Assembly: GCA_013239625.1 (NCBI GenBank)
Contig: MU054925.1
Span: forward strand, 34,513,538 to 34,577,537
Reading direction: 5' to 3'
DNA length: 64,000 nt
From: Lama guanicoe
Lineage: Eukaryota
The notes below the pieces were generated by a model that searched no databases, was not told where the DNA came from, and worked only from the letters and a program-made list of their open reading frames with translations. The position numbers and the translations under genes are program-made. Within the stretch, counting starts at the first letter, position 1. The number at the start of each line of letters is the position of its first letter. Shown one piece after another: positions 1 to 10,300 of this stretch.

Positions 1-1920
1 CAGTCTATCAGCACGCTCTGTCCCAGCCCAGACAGACGCTGGAACGAGCAGGTGCCGGCGAACACGTGGTGAAGGGCATCACACAGACGCGGCCACACCA
101 CCAGGCAGGCTGCCGGGGACGCCAAGCATGGGAGGGCACGGGGATGGCGGGGTGCTGAGGGCAGCAGTGCCCTGGGCAGCTGTCCCGCCTTCCCTGGCAT
201 CCTCCTCGACCCCAGGACCCTGCACGCTAGTCAGCTTTGGCCTGAGGGGCACCAGGTGGGCCACTCCAGACTTCCCACTAGAAGAGGGGCAGCGGAGCCC
301 CAACCTGGAATGGCAGCCTTTCAGGGGTCCCCTGCCCATCTCAGGACCACTTCTGCTTTGGAGACCCGCCTGCCTGGACGAGGAGGCTCCCAACCATCCT
401 GGGCCCGGAGCCCTATTCCCAGGCCAGAGGCCATAGAGCCACACTGTCCGCCCCCTTCCAACTCGGGCCACGCTGCCAAGGGCCCTACTGGGGCGTTTCC
501 AGAGGCCTTGGTCGGAGGGGCCACGCTTCCTGCCCAGTTGTCTCCCCACCGTCTACTCTGCCTGCAGAGCCACCGTGCACAGCCTCCCTGGCCCTGGAGG
601 TCGGGGGCTCCAGCGCAGGGCTTGGCAGGAGAAGAGCCTGCAGGGTAAGTTGGCTTGTCCGAGGTCACCCTCCTAGCTCTGGTGGCCAGCAGCAGTCCAT
701 GGAGAAAGGTCTGAGGGTCCAGAAGGAATAGAAGAGAGCTCTGGGAGGCAGAGAGACAGCTCGTCCCTGTCTGGGGCAGTGGAAAGAGGGCTCAAGAAGG
801 GTCCGCCACACCAGACACAGGAAGGCCAGGCTGCTGGGTGAGAGGGTCATGGCCAAGGATATTGGTGTCACAGGTGTAGCTCAGGTGGGGTACGGCCTGG
901 GTAGAGGTTAAGCAGGTGACTGGGAGTCCCTGCAGAAGAGGGAGGAGGTCAGAAGGACTGAAGCACAGATGATGTCACCTTGGTTTGTTCCCCATCTCCC
1001 AAACCTGCTGGGGGAGGGTGTGGCAGGAGGGAGTGTCCAGGCAGGGAAGACACGGAGACACCCAACTCTCACGCGGTCCCTGAACCTGCCTACTCCTTTG
1101 CAGACACTTCCGGCGCCCACCTCACACACTGGGTCCCGACGCTCTGGGTTCGCTCTCTCCCCACACTGGGGGCTGGACCCTGGGAGCTGGGAACCACCAT
1201 GCCCTGCCGTGCCCAGGTCCTGGTCAAAATTTGTCTTTGAAAGGCTGGGTGGACAGAGTGTCGTGACCACAGACACTAGGACCACAGCCCACACTGGGCT
1301 GGGGGACCCTCTGCTCAGCTAACCCCTGCCATGAGCCAGGAGCACCAGCCCTAATGGCCAGCCAGCTCTCAAATGGGCAGAGGATGGACAGCCTGATCTG
1401 GGCCCCCTCCCATGGGCTTGGGGAGATGTCCAGGTCTGGGCGGCTGTGTCCAGACATAGAGGGGACAGTGGGAGCGGCAGGGTGACTGCGCAGAGACTCC
1501 AAAGCCCGGCTCACCTGGCCCCTAGCCCAAGGAAGGAAGCCCCTTGCCCCAGCATAGAGGGGGCACCTTGCCACCCCGGCTCCGTGAAGAGGCTGGGGAC
1601 TGCTCCCATTAACTCCACCTCCCAGAGCCCTGTCAGGAAATCCTGAGCAGCCCATTTATAGGTGGGGTCCTGTGGCCCCGAGAGGGCAGGGAGGGCACCC
1701 AGCAGGTAAGGCTGTGGAATGACCCTCATCCACCAACTCAGACCCAGCCAGGTGGGGCAGTGCTGCCTCGCCAGCAGCCTCCACAGCCTCGTCTCTGGGG
1801 CCGCCCGGACCCTGGGAAATGGCTACTTTTTCCTGGACCCTGTCTGCCAGGCCACAAAGAGGTGTGCTCCAGGGATTGTCAAAGAGCCCCCAGGGGGTGG
1901 GAGGAGATGCAGACCCGCAG

Positions 1921-1993
1921 CACACACACACTCACGCACACACACACAGCCACACACACTCACGCACACACACACAGCCACACACACTCACAC
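1921..1993 (+). repeat. Imperfect (CA)n microsatellite in CHST13 intron 1
   Basis: cacacacacactcacgcacacacacacagccacacacactcacgcacac... Confidence 0.9.
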
Positions 1994-2049
1994 CAGAAAT
2001 GGCAACCAGAGCTAGAGGTCTGAACAGGCCTCGGACCGGGCTCCTCAGC

Positions 2050-3130
2050 CCCTCCGGTGGGTGAGGTCTAAGCCCTGCGTGGCGGGCACGACCGGCGGCC
2101 TCAGCTTCTCCCCCAGACCGTGAGGTGGGGGCTCAGGACCGCAGTCTTTTCCAGGGTGAACCTTGCTGGGAGCAGGCGCTCCAGGGCGCAGCGCCCGTGC
2201 GCGGAGGGGCCGCCCCCGGAGCCGGCGGGTCCAGTTTTCCCACCCGCGCGCCGGCCGCGGACCCGGGGGCTTCCGGGCGCTAGGGGGAGTGGGGTGACGG
2301 CGCGGCCATTGAGGCTGCCTTCCAGGGCGGGCGGAGCGCCTCCGCCACTCGCCACTCACCCGGTCCCCGGGCGCAGGCTTCTGGAGAATCATCCCCTCTC
2401 ACGTCCCCGGGCCTCGGGAGATCCACACTCGGGGGGCGGGGGGGCGCGGCAAGACCCTCGCGGGGAGCCGGGACACTGGCGGGGCGGCCGGAGCCTTTCT
2501 GAGCTCACCCACCCCTGTCCCCAGCCCGGGAGGAGCCCGCAGAGCCCCCAGCCCGTCGGGGGTCCGGCCGCCCGTGCGCGGCCCCGGGACCGGCGGTCAC
2601 TCACCGGGGCGCAGGGCGCTCAGAAGCAGGAGCGCGGCGACCAGGCACGCGGCCGCGAGCGCGCGCCGCCTCCAGCAGCGCCTCCCCATGCTTGCCCGGT
2701 GCGCAGCAGTCCGCGGGGTCTGTCAGGGCAGCAGGGCGGGCCCAGACTGGGAGCGGGACCCGGGGCCCGCCTCCGGGCCCGCCCCCGAGCCCAGGCCCGC
2801 CCACGGGCTAGTCTCCGACCTGGACCCGACCCGGGACCGCCCCTACACCCGCCTTCGCGCGGCTCGGGGGTGGCGGGGGCGAGGCGGCCGACTGTTGAGT
2901 CGGCAGGTGGGCGAGGGCCGGTCGGCGGGCCTCGCTCGTCCAGTCTGCCAGCCTCCCCCGACCCGATCCAGCGGGGCGGCCAGCCTGGCGGCGGTCCAGG
3001 GCGCTGAGGATGGAGGCTGGGTGGAGGGCGCGGCTCTGCCCCCTTTCGCTCGCGCAGGGGCGCCGTCCTCTACCGGAGACCGAGAAGCCTTGTCACGGTG
3101 GCGGGTGGGCGGGTCCGGGGAGCACTATGC
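2050..3130. promoter_or_regulatory. CpG island / CHST13 promoter
   Basis: Very high GC and CpG density with several GC-box-like motifs around CHST13 exon 1. Boundaries are approximate. Confidence 0.8.
2605..2689 (-). CDS. CHST13: Carbohydrate sulfotransferase 13 (chondroitin 4-O-sulfotransferase 3), coding exon 1; rest of the gene lies off the left edge
   Basis: The minus strand from ATG at 2689 reads MGRRCWRRRALAAACLVAALLLLSALRP plus 1 nt, then a GTGAGT donor. This matches the recalled human CHST13 N-terminus ([32 protein letters not shown]), a type II membrane anchor. It lies in a CpG island, head-to-head with UROC1 as in human. Confidence 0.9.
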
Positions 3131-3494
3131 CCCCTTGTCTCTCGGCTGCCTTACCTGCAGGGGTCCAGGGGCTGGCTTAGGGCAGCGGCCGCCTGTGCAT
3201 GACTCCCCCGGACCCTCCCGCCCTCAGAATCAGGCCCAAAGGCACACACTCCTTCCCCCAGGCCCATCCTGTAGCCTTGTTTTCCACGGGGGTCTCCAGG
3301 TCCTGCCTGGATCCCAGCTACTGCAGGTCCCGGCCAGACGCCAGAAGGTGAGGGGGGGGGGTCTCAGTTCATGCCCCCCAGAGCACCCAAGGGGACAGCT
3401 GGTGGTGTGCACGTGTGTGTGCGCGCGTGCTTGACCCAATACCGAATACGTCGGAAAGTGTGCGTTTTTTAATTGCAGTTGAAGAATCTGGTGA

Positions 3495-3690
3495 TTTCAG
3501 CCCTTCTGGTGCCACCTACCCACCGTGAGATCAGGAAGGTTGCCCAACCTCTGTGCCCCAGTTCTCTGTGTAAGGGGAGGGACACACCTCATCGCGCTGT
3601 GGGAACTAAATGAGACACGGGAGATGTTTGGAACAGCGTCTGGTGCTGAGTGAGTGCCATCTGAGAACTTGACGTTGGTGATTATTTTTT
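3495..3690 (+). mobile_element. MIR SINE, degenerate
   Basis: Resembles the MIR core (aacctctgtgccccagttctctgtgtaagggg...cacctcat...ctgtgggaactaaatgaga). Boundaries are approximate. Confidence 0.55.
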
Positions 3691-4085
3691 ACAGTTACTG
3701 CCTGTTCTGGCAAGTGACTCTGCTTTCTGTTAAGGCAGTTATACAAAAATTCCTTCCCATTACATTTATTTAAGTTTCAAAGATCTATTTAAAGAAGAAT
3801 TTTAAGTAAATAAAATTAAAGCTATGGCTCCAAATGCTGATGCTGGGGGAGGGGAGACAGCTCACAGGTAAACCAGAGCTCCGTGTATGGCTTTGCGGGC
3901 AACCTGTACAGACAGCCTTGGGGAGTGTCCATTTCACTCCCAGAATGGCCTACAGGTAGGGTCGCTGCTGCTCTGGGCCCAGAACTGGGATTCCTGGTTA
4001 TCCAGACCCTAGGTGGCCCCAAATCGTCCCCACACCTGCCTTAGGACCGACCTCTCTGTAAGAGTCCCAGCCCTGGTGGTCCCTG

Positions 4086-4104
4086 TGCTGCCACCTGGTG
4101 GCCA
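4086..4104 (-). promoter_or_regulatory. Candidate CTCF binding site
   Basis: The reverse complement is TGGCCACCAGGTGGCAGCA, a close match to the 19-bp CTCF core consensus. It sits between the divergent CHST13 and UROC1 promoters. Confidence 0.6.
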
Positions 4105-5124
4105 AAGTTGAGGACAACATCTCAGCCCGTCTGGTCCAGGAAAGTCCTTGGAGGCCGCCCGGAGGCTCTGGGGCGGCCAAGTGGATTGTCAGAGGCAGAC
4201 AAGGTGTCCCCATCCCTGTGTGTCGTGGGCTGGGGTGTGGGCGGTTCTAAGTCTACAGCTGTGTTGCTGATGGACCTCGAGTGGTGGCCAGGAGTCGGGG
4301 ACTCGGCGGGACGGGGCGGAGGCTGGTGCTGCCTGTGGGAGACGTGAAGGGTGTGGACCAGGGTGCGAGTTCTCTGGGTCCAGGCTCCCTTTTGAAGGTA
4401 GGGGTCAGGGGTCAGGGTGGCTCAGGGAAGGCACCCAGGGGCAGGGTGGTTGGAGGGGAAGGAGGGAAGCTGGGGCTAGGTTGATGGCCCAAGGGGCAGA
4501 AGTCCTGCCTGGCCCAGGAAGGCCACATGGGCCCGCCAGTGATGTGGCAGAGATGGGGGTCCAGTGTGGCCTGGGTTGGGGGTGCCCGGGGGTGGGGCTG
4601 GGCTGTGTGGTGCTGGCTGCCAGGACAGGAGTGGAGTACCCCTGGAGTGACTGGTGGGGAGACAGGCAGGCTCTCAATGGTTCCAGTGGGACAGGCCCCG
4701 TCCAGCACCGGAGCCTGAGGGCTGAGGCCCGGGGAGGCACAAACTGAGGGCCTGCCTGCCCCTTTTTTACTCCTTATTAGTTTAAAAGTTTTATTTATTG
4801 CGTTTGTCCATGGAGCAAAATTCAAAACCACCGGAGTTCTTTTGAACTAAGGCGAAACTCACGTAACATAAAATTACTCATTGGGAAGGGTGTGGTTTCA
4901 ACGGCATTTAGTGCTCTGAAGGTGTGGGTTCACAGTGAGGGGTCTCCGTCCCCCCAGCACCCCCAGGTCCCTGTGTGTCCTTCAGATAGTCCGTGCCCAA
5001 GTGTACACATTTCTTTGCTTTCTGGACTACGTACGTTGCTACGTTCCTTGCTTTTTGGATAGAGGCAACAATTAGAGAAGTAACGTCTTATCTGGTGCTG
5101 ATTCTGTGCAGGTGCTGTTCTGAG

Positions 5125-5300
5125 ACCTTTGCTTTGCTTGTGTTATCTTGTTTAATCCTCAGACGCAGCCCATGAGGTAGCTACTGTTACTGCTTTCATT
5201 TTTCAGACTAGGACATGGAGGCACAGAGAGGCTAAGGAACTTACCCAAGGACACACAGCTCATGAGTAGTATAGCCAGGCTTGAACCTACCCATCTGCCG
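5125..5300 (-). mobile_element. MIR SINE
   Basis: tttaatcctca...atgaggtag...ggaggcacagagaggctaaggaacttacccaaggacacacagct...gccaggcttgaacc matches the reverse complement of the MIR consensus. Confidence 0.75.
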
Positions 5301-5366
5301 TATTTCACATCTGTGAGATCCCAGGTCTTTAAACAGCTCGTACAATGTTTAAAAATTAGACTATTT

Positions 5367-5489
5367 GGGGGGAGGGTATAGCTCAGTGGTAGAGTGCATG
5401 CCTAGCATGCATGAGGTCCTGGGTTCAATTCCCAGTACCTCTACTAAATACATAAATTTAATTACCTCCCTTCATTAAAAAAATTTTTA
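5367..5489 (+). mobile_element. tRNA-Ala-derived SINE (camelid Vic-1-like) with 16-bp target-site duplication
   Basis: tRNA-like head with A box TAGCTCAGTGG (5379-5389), B box GGTTCAATTCC (5422-5432) and an A/T-rich tail. It is flanked by identical AAAAATTAGACTATTT at 5351-5366 and 5490-5505, at a TT|AAAA L1-endonuclease site. Confidence 0.85.
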
Positions 5490-7263
5490 AAAAATTAGAC
5501 TATTTGTGTTGGGATCCTTGCAGATTCACATGCAGTTATTAAGAGTTAGTAGGTGAGACCCAGTGCCTTGTTCCCTGGAAGCAATGTCTTGCCATTTGTA
5601 ACACAGGGTCACCACTAGGACACTGACACGGATACAATCCACTCTTCTGTTCAGGACAATGGAAAATGCTTTTAATTGGTTGCAAATATTTAAAAATTAG
5701 GAGAGTTCACAAAAACTGTTAGACTCCCGGCTCCTCTTGACGCCTCCCCCAGAAGCAAATCCCAAGGGGAGGTGTTGGCACAGCCAGTCTGTCGAGGGCT
5801 GTGTGTTGGGGGAGCAGGGAGTGAAGTGGGGACGCCCTGGGGGCCGCTCAGCCCAGTCCTGCTGGGGCCGGCGGAGTTACCGCCCCACCCACCCCTGCCA
5901 GGAGAGAGGGAGCTGGGGTGTTTATCCATCACGGATGTTGGCTGCAGGCTGCCCCTGGCAGGTGGGAGGGGGCTGTGGATTCCCCAGCCTTCCAGCCCCC
6001 TCCGAGCGGAAGAGGCTCTGGATCGTGGAAGCAGAAGCAGCCTTGGGCAGAGGGCGTCCTGGTATGTGTAGCTCAGGCCTGGGCGGGGCGGAGTCTGGGG
6101 TCTGTCCCCAGAGCCTGCAGCGGCGCCTGGCCGGGTCGCTGCCCAGCTGCCAGTGACCAACGCTGTGAGAGCTCGCCTGCCTGCGTCTCTGCCGCCCCCC
6201 GCCCTAGGCCACCTACCCGCTGCGTGGACGCAGTAGCAGTACCACACTGCGCCAGTGGGGGCCAGACTGGGCGCCAAGGGTCCAAATCCCAGCTCCACCG
6301 GAACTAGCTGTGGCCTTGGACGAGCCCCCGGCCTCCCTTGCCTTGTTTCCAGACCTGTAAACTGGGCCAGTGACGTCTGTGCTCTGAGGAGCAAACACTA
6401 GGTGGGGGCGGCTGTCCTGCTCACGCGCCTTTCCAAGCGGAGGGTGCTTATCTCCCCAACCTATGCCTCCCGCACCTGCTTGTGTGATTTGGGACAGGGC
6501 CCAAGGCCACGGGGCTGGCCGGCAGCTGAGCTGGCTTCACACCCAGATGTGTCGCCTCCCCAGGGCCGCTTCCTGGCTGTGCACGTGGCACCTGGGTCCC
6601 AGCTGCCCCATCCCTGTGGGGGTCAATGGGCCAGCCCTTCCTGCAGGGCTGTCACTGGGGTTGGGGGGAGAGCCCCCTCCAGGCAGACCCTCCACACAGA
6701 GCTTTGGGAAGGGGCGGGGGTGTGCACCTCACTGGGAGCCAAGGAGGGTACACCTGCCACCAGGTGGGCTCCTGCCCCACCTGCCACCCAGGTGGCAGGG
6801 AGGAGGGGTCCAAGGGGCACCACCTCTGTGCCAGGTTCAGTCTCACACGGTCCTGCAGCATCAAGACACAAGCCCCACAACACCTGCCTGGCGTGACTCC
6901 CCCACTAGACCACAGGGTGCACCCCAACATGAGACCCCACCAGCTCCCTACGCTGTGTCCTCTGGAGCACAGCCCTCGGGGCCAATGCCTCTCTAACAGG
7001 ACAAACAGATGCTCACCCGGTCGTCACAGGGGTGAAGCGGGCCTCTCCGCAGAACTCGGCCCCCCAGGTCAGCACTGCAGGTGGCCAGCCTGGGGGCCTG
7101 TGACCCTCTGACCTACACGTGGCTCCTTCTGGAGGCCTGGGGCCCAATGAGGGGCTGGAGGAGGTGGCCCTGGAGCCAGAGGACCCCGCCCAGCTGGACC
7201 TTGACTGCCGAGTCTCTCCGTGGCCTCCTCACAACGTAGGCTTTGCCCTGATCTCAGTCTGAC

Positions 7264-7389
7264 ATGTCCAGCCTCCAGGCACTGTGCTCCGGCCTGCCCC
7301 TGCGGCCCCTCCCAGAGAACCGTGGACGCTGGCCTGGGGTGCCCCACGCCCCAGTCCGAACCCCTGGCCTCAGCCCTGCAGAAGAGCAA
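7264..7389 (+). CDS. UROC1: UROC1 exon 1
   Basis: MSSLQALCSGLPLRPLPENRGRWPGVPHAPVRTPGLSPAEEQ | gtaaga. Confidence 0.95.
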
Positions 7390-10300
7390 GTAAGAGGCTG
7401 GGTCCCATCCCTGAGGGGCCATCTGTCCTCTGGGTGCCTACTGGGGAGTCTGGGGGGGCCTTCCCCACCTCCTGCTCCACCTCCCCCCCACCCCTGGCCT
7501 CAGCGAGCCCCCAGTGGGGGAGACCGTGGGATGGGGGCCCAAAACCCTTCATTCTCTCCCCAATGCACCCTGGGGTGTAGGACTCCAGCCCCCATTTCCT
7601 GATGGGGAAGGACCTTGGGCTCAAGGTCACCCAGCCGGGAAGTAGAGGCCGGGGGCTGCCCCCAGCAGTCAGTCCCAATCTTCCTGCGTCTGCAGCTCTA
7701 TGGCTGCAGCCCTGCAGAGGGAGGGCAGGTGTGCTGGGGGGAGCAGGCCAGGTGTCCCTACTTGTAGGAGATGGGCCAGGAAGACGGCCAGCTGGCGCCG
7801 GGCGGGTCACTGACCATCTCCCTGGTCAGCAGGGAGGAAAATAATTACACACAAGTGTTCAGGAGACCAGCTGGAAAAAAGTCGGGGCGAAAAGCTTTCT
7901 CCCACTTTCGTGCACTAAAGACTTCTTGGGGATTTCAAGAACACTCGGGGAAAGCAGGGATCCAAGCAAGCGGGAAGACTGGAAGAGGGATCCCCCAGAG
8001 GCCAGGCGGCCACCCAGATGGAGACGCTGCCCTTCCTGCGGCCGCCTGGCCTGCAGCCAGCGCCGCCCACAGAGGGGAGGGCACGGGGCCCAGCTCGGCC
8101 TGGTCGAGCAGAGGTCAGTGTGTCCACCCCTTGGGCACCTTCCTGCTGGGCGGCAGCACATCGACCTTTGGCCGCGAGGGCCCAGAGGGCTCCGGTGACA
8201 CCCTAATGGCTGGTGGTGTGACCAGCAGGACACAGGTGGCCCTGGGAGGGGGTGACTTGCGGTCTGGGGGCTTCGAGCTGCATCCTGGTGGAGGGCCCGC
8301 GCCTTCCGGCTGCAGGGGCCTGTGCAGGAACAAAACATGTGTGTCCATCTCTGCCCCGCTTCCTTCCTGCTGAGATTCGGTCTTTGACCCGGGTTCCTGA
8401 CACAGGGCTCCTAAATCTGTTGGAATTTCCTGGGCGACAGGAGGCCACTCTGGGCGGCTCCTGGTGGGGGCTGGTCGCTGGAAGGACCAAACTGTGATTA
8501 GAAGTTGGAACTTCCAACCCCACCCCATCCTCCAGAGGGGGGAGAGGGGCTGGAAGTGGAGTGAATGATCAATCATCCTTCGTGAGGAAGCCTCAAGAAC
8601 CCCTGGCCTGCAGGGTCGGGGCTTCTAGGCTGCCCCCGCCCCCCGCCCCCCCTTCTCGGGCAGCTCCCTGGTTATTCTAGAATAAACCAGCAGAAGTGTT
8701 TCCCTGCGTCCAAGAGCCGTTCTAGCAAATACTGACCTGAGGAGGGGTGTAGGACCCCCCTTTGTCAGAAGCGCAGTGTCAACCTGGGCGTGCGATGGGC
8801 GACTGAGTGGGCGCATCCCGTGGGACTGAGCCCCTGACCTGCGGTGTGGGGCCGGGCGGCAGTGTCAGGGCCGAGCCGAATGTAGACCCAGCCGGGGGCA
8901 GAGAACTGGCCGATGTCCGAAGCCCCGCGTCCCATCCCAGAGGGATCTGCATGAGGACCTTCCTCCTGGAGAGAATCGCGGGGGCTCTTCCAAGACGGCC
9001 CCAGGCCCCTCGGCCTCCTCAGCTGGTGGCCTTACACTTCCCTTGTTTCTGATGTTTTTGTGTAAACATCTCTTTGAGTTTTGGCATAAACTTTTCGAGG
9101 CAATTTTAAAAGATAAGCAAGTGAAATGTTCCGAGTCCTATCACTGGCTTTGGCGTCTCCTTCCAGAGGCGTTCCGTGTGCGCACAAGGTGTGTGTGTCC
9201 TTCTGAAAGTGGAAATGGGACTTTCTTTCGAGACCGTCCTCCCCGGCGCCGTTGGAGCCGCCCCTGTCTTCGAGCTGCTGCGGGTGCTTCGTGGTTGGGG
9301 TGGTAGAGCGCTGCCTCGCCCTTTGCTCTTCTGTAGGTGGGCTTCTGTCCTTCTGCACAGGGCGTGGCCCCGCTGGAAGCCTCCAGGGCTGTGTCCACGG
9401 CGGCGGCTTCTGCCGAGCAGAGGGAAGCTCGTCCTGTCACATGCGAGCTGGGCCTGTTAGGGGTGTCTTGTGTCCTCGCTCCCCCGCGTGCAGTTTCTCT
9501 TAATGGCATTTCCCCAGACCGTGCCCCGCCTGGAGGGGCTGCGCTGCACATCAGACCCCAGACCTGAAGACCTCCCGTCACTGCTAACACAGCCCCTGAG
9601 CTTCTGGAGGGTGGGGCTCTGTTGAGCTCGTTCCTGGGTCTTCAGTGATGCTGGAGTTGTTTGTTGAGTGGATGAACAAGACTACATGCTAAGTGCCCAA
9701 ATGAATACCCTACCGGAGTTTAGCAGGCAGGAGAAACCCAGGAAGGCTTCTTGGAGGAGCTGTCCTTGGCACCGTGGGCAAGGTTTCCAGACTGAGAAAC
9801 CTGAGAGGGAAGGCCCTTTGGAGCCAGCGGGAGGCAGTGAGTGAAGATGCAGAGAGGGCTTGTGCAGAGTAAATTGGGGAGGAGGAGGCCCCATGTAGGC
9901 CCATGCTGGGTGTGGACCTTGCAGAGCCGGGCCCACCTGGTTACTGAGGGGCCTGGACGCCAGCCAGTGTGCACTTTATCAGGTGCATAACAAGGAGCTC
10001 ATGATGGTCCCTGAGCTGGGCGTGACCTGCCTCTTAACAGCACTGCCCATGGAGAGTGCAGGTTCCTAGGTGGGCAGGGTGGACAGAGGCCCGGCTGGAA
10101 GGATGAGGCCGTGAGTGTGGGAGACGGTCGTTCTGGGAGCCGTGTGTGCCAGGCACGGTGCTTAACCCATCGGTTCACCCGGTCCCCAAGATGGCCCTGG
10201 GGGGCAGGAGCCACCTGCTCGGAAGAGGAGGCTGAAGTCCTGAGAGGCGAGGCAAGCATGTGTGGGGCAGACCCCAGTACAGACTGAGGTGCGGAGACCT

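Noticed and set aside
2120-3434. 295-aa and 286-aa plus-strand ORFs
   Set aside because: Stop-poor CpG-island sequence antisense to CHST13 exon 1, with no recognisable domain or splice support.
5372-5443. Functional tRNA-Ala(AGC) gene
   Set aside because: Imperfect acceptor stem, an added A/T-rich tail and a 16-bp TSD indicate a retroposed SINE.
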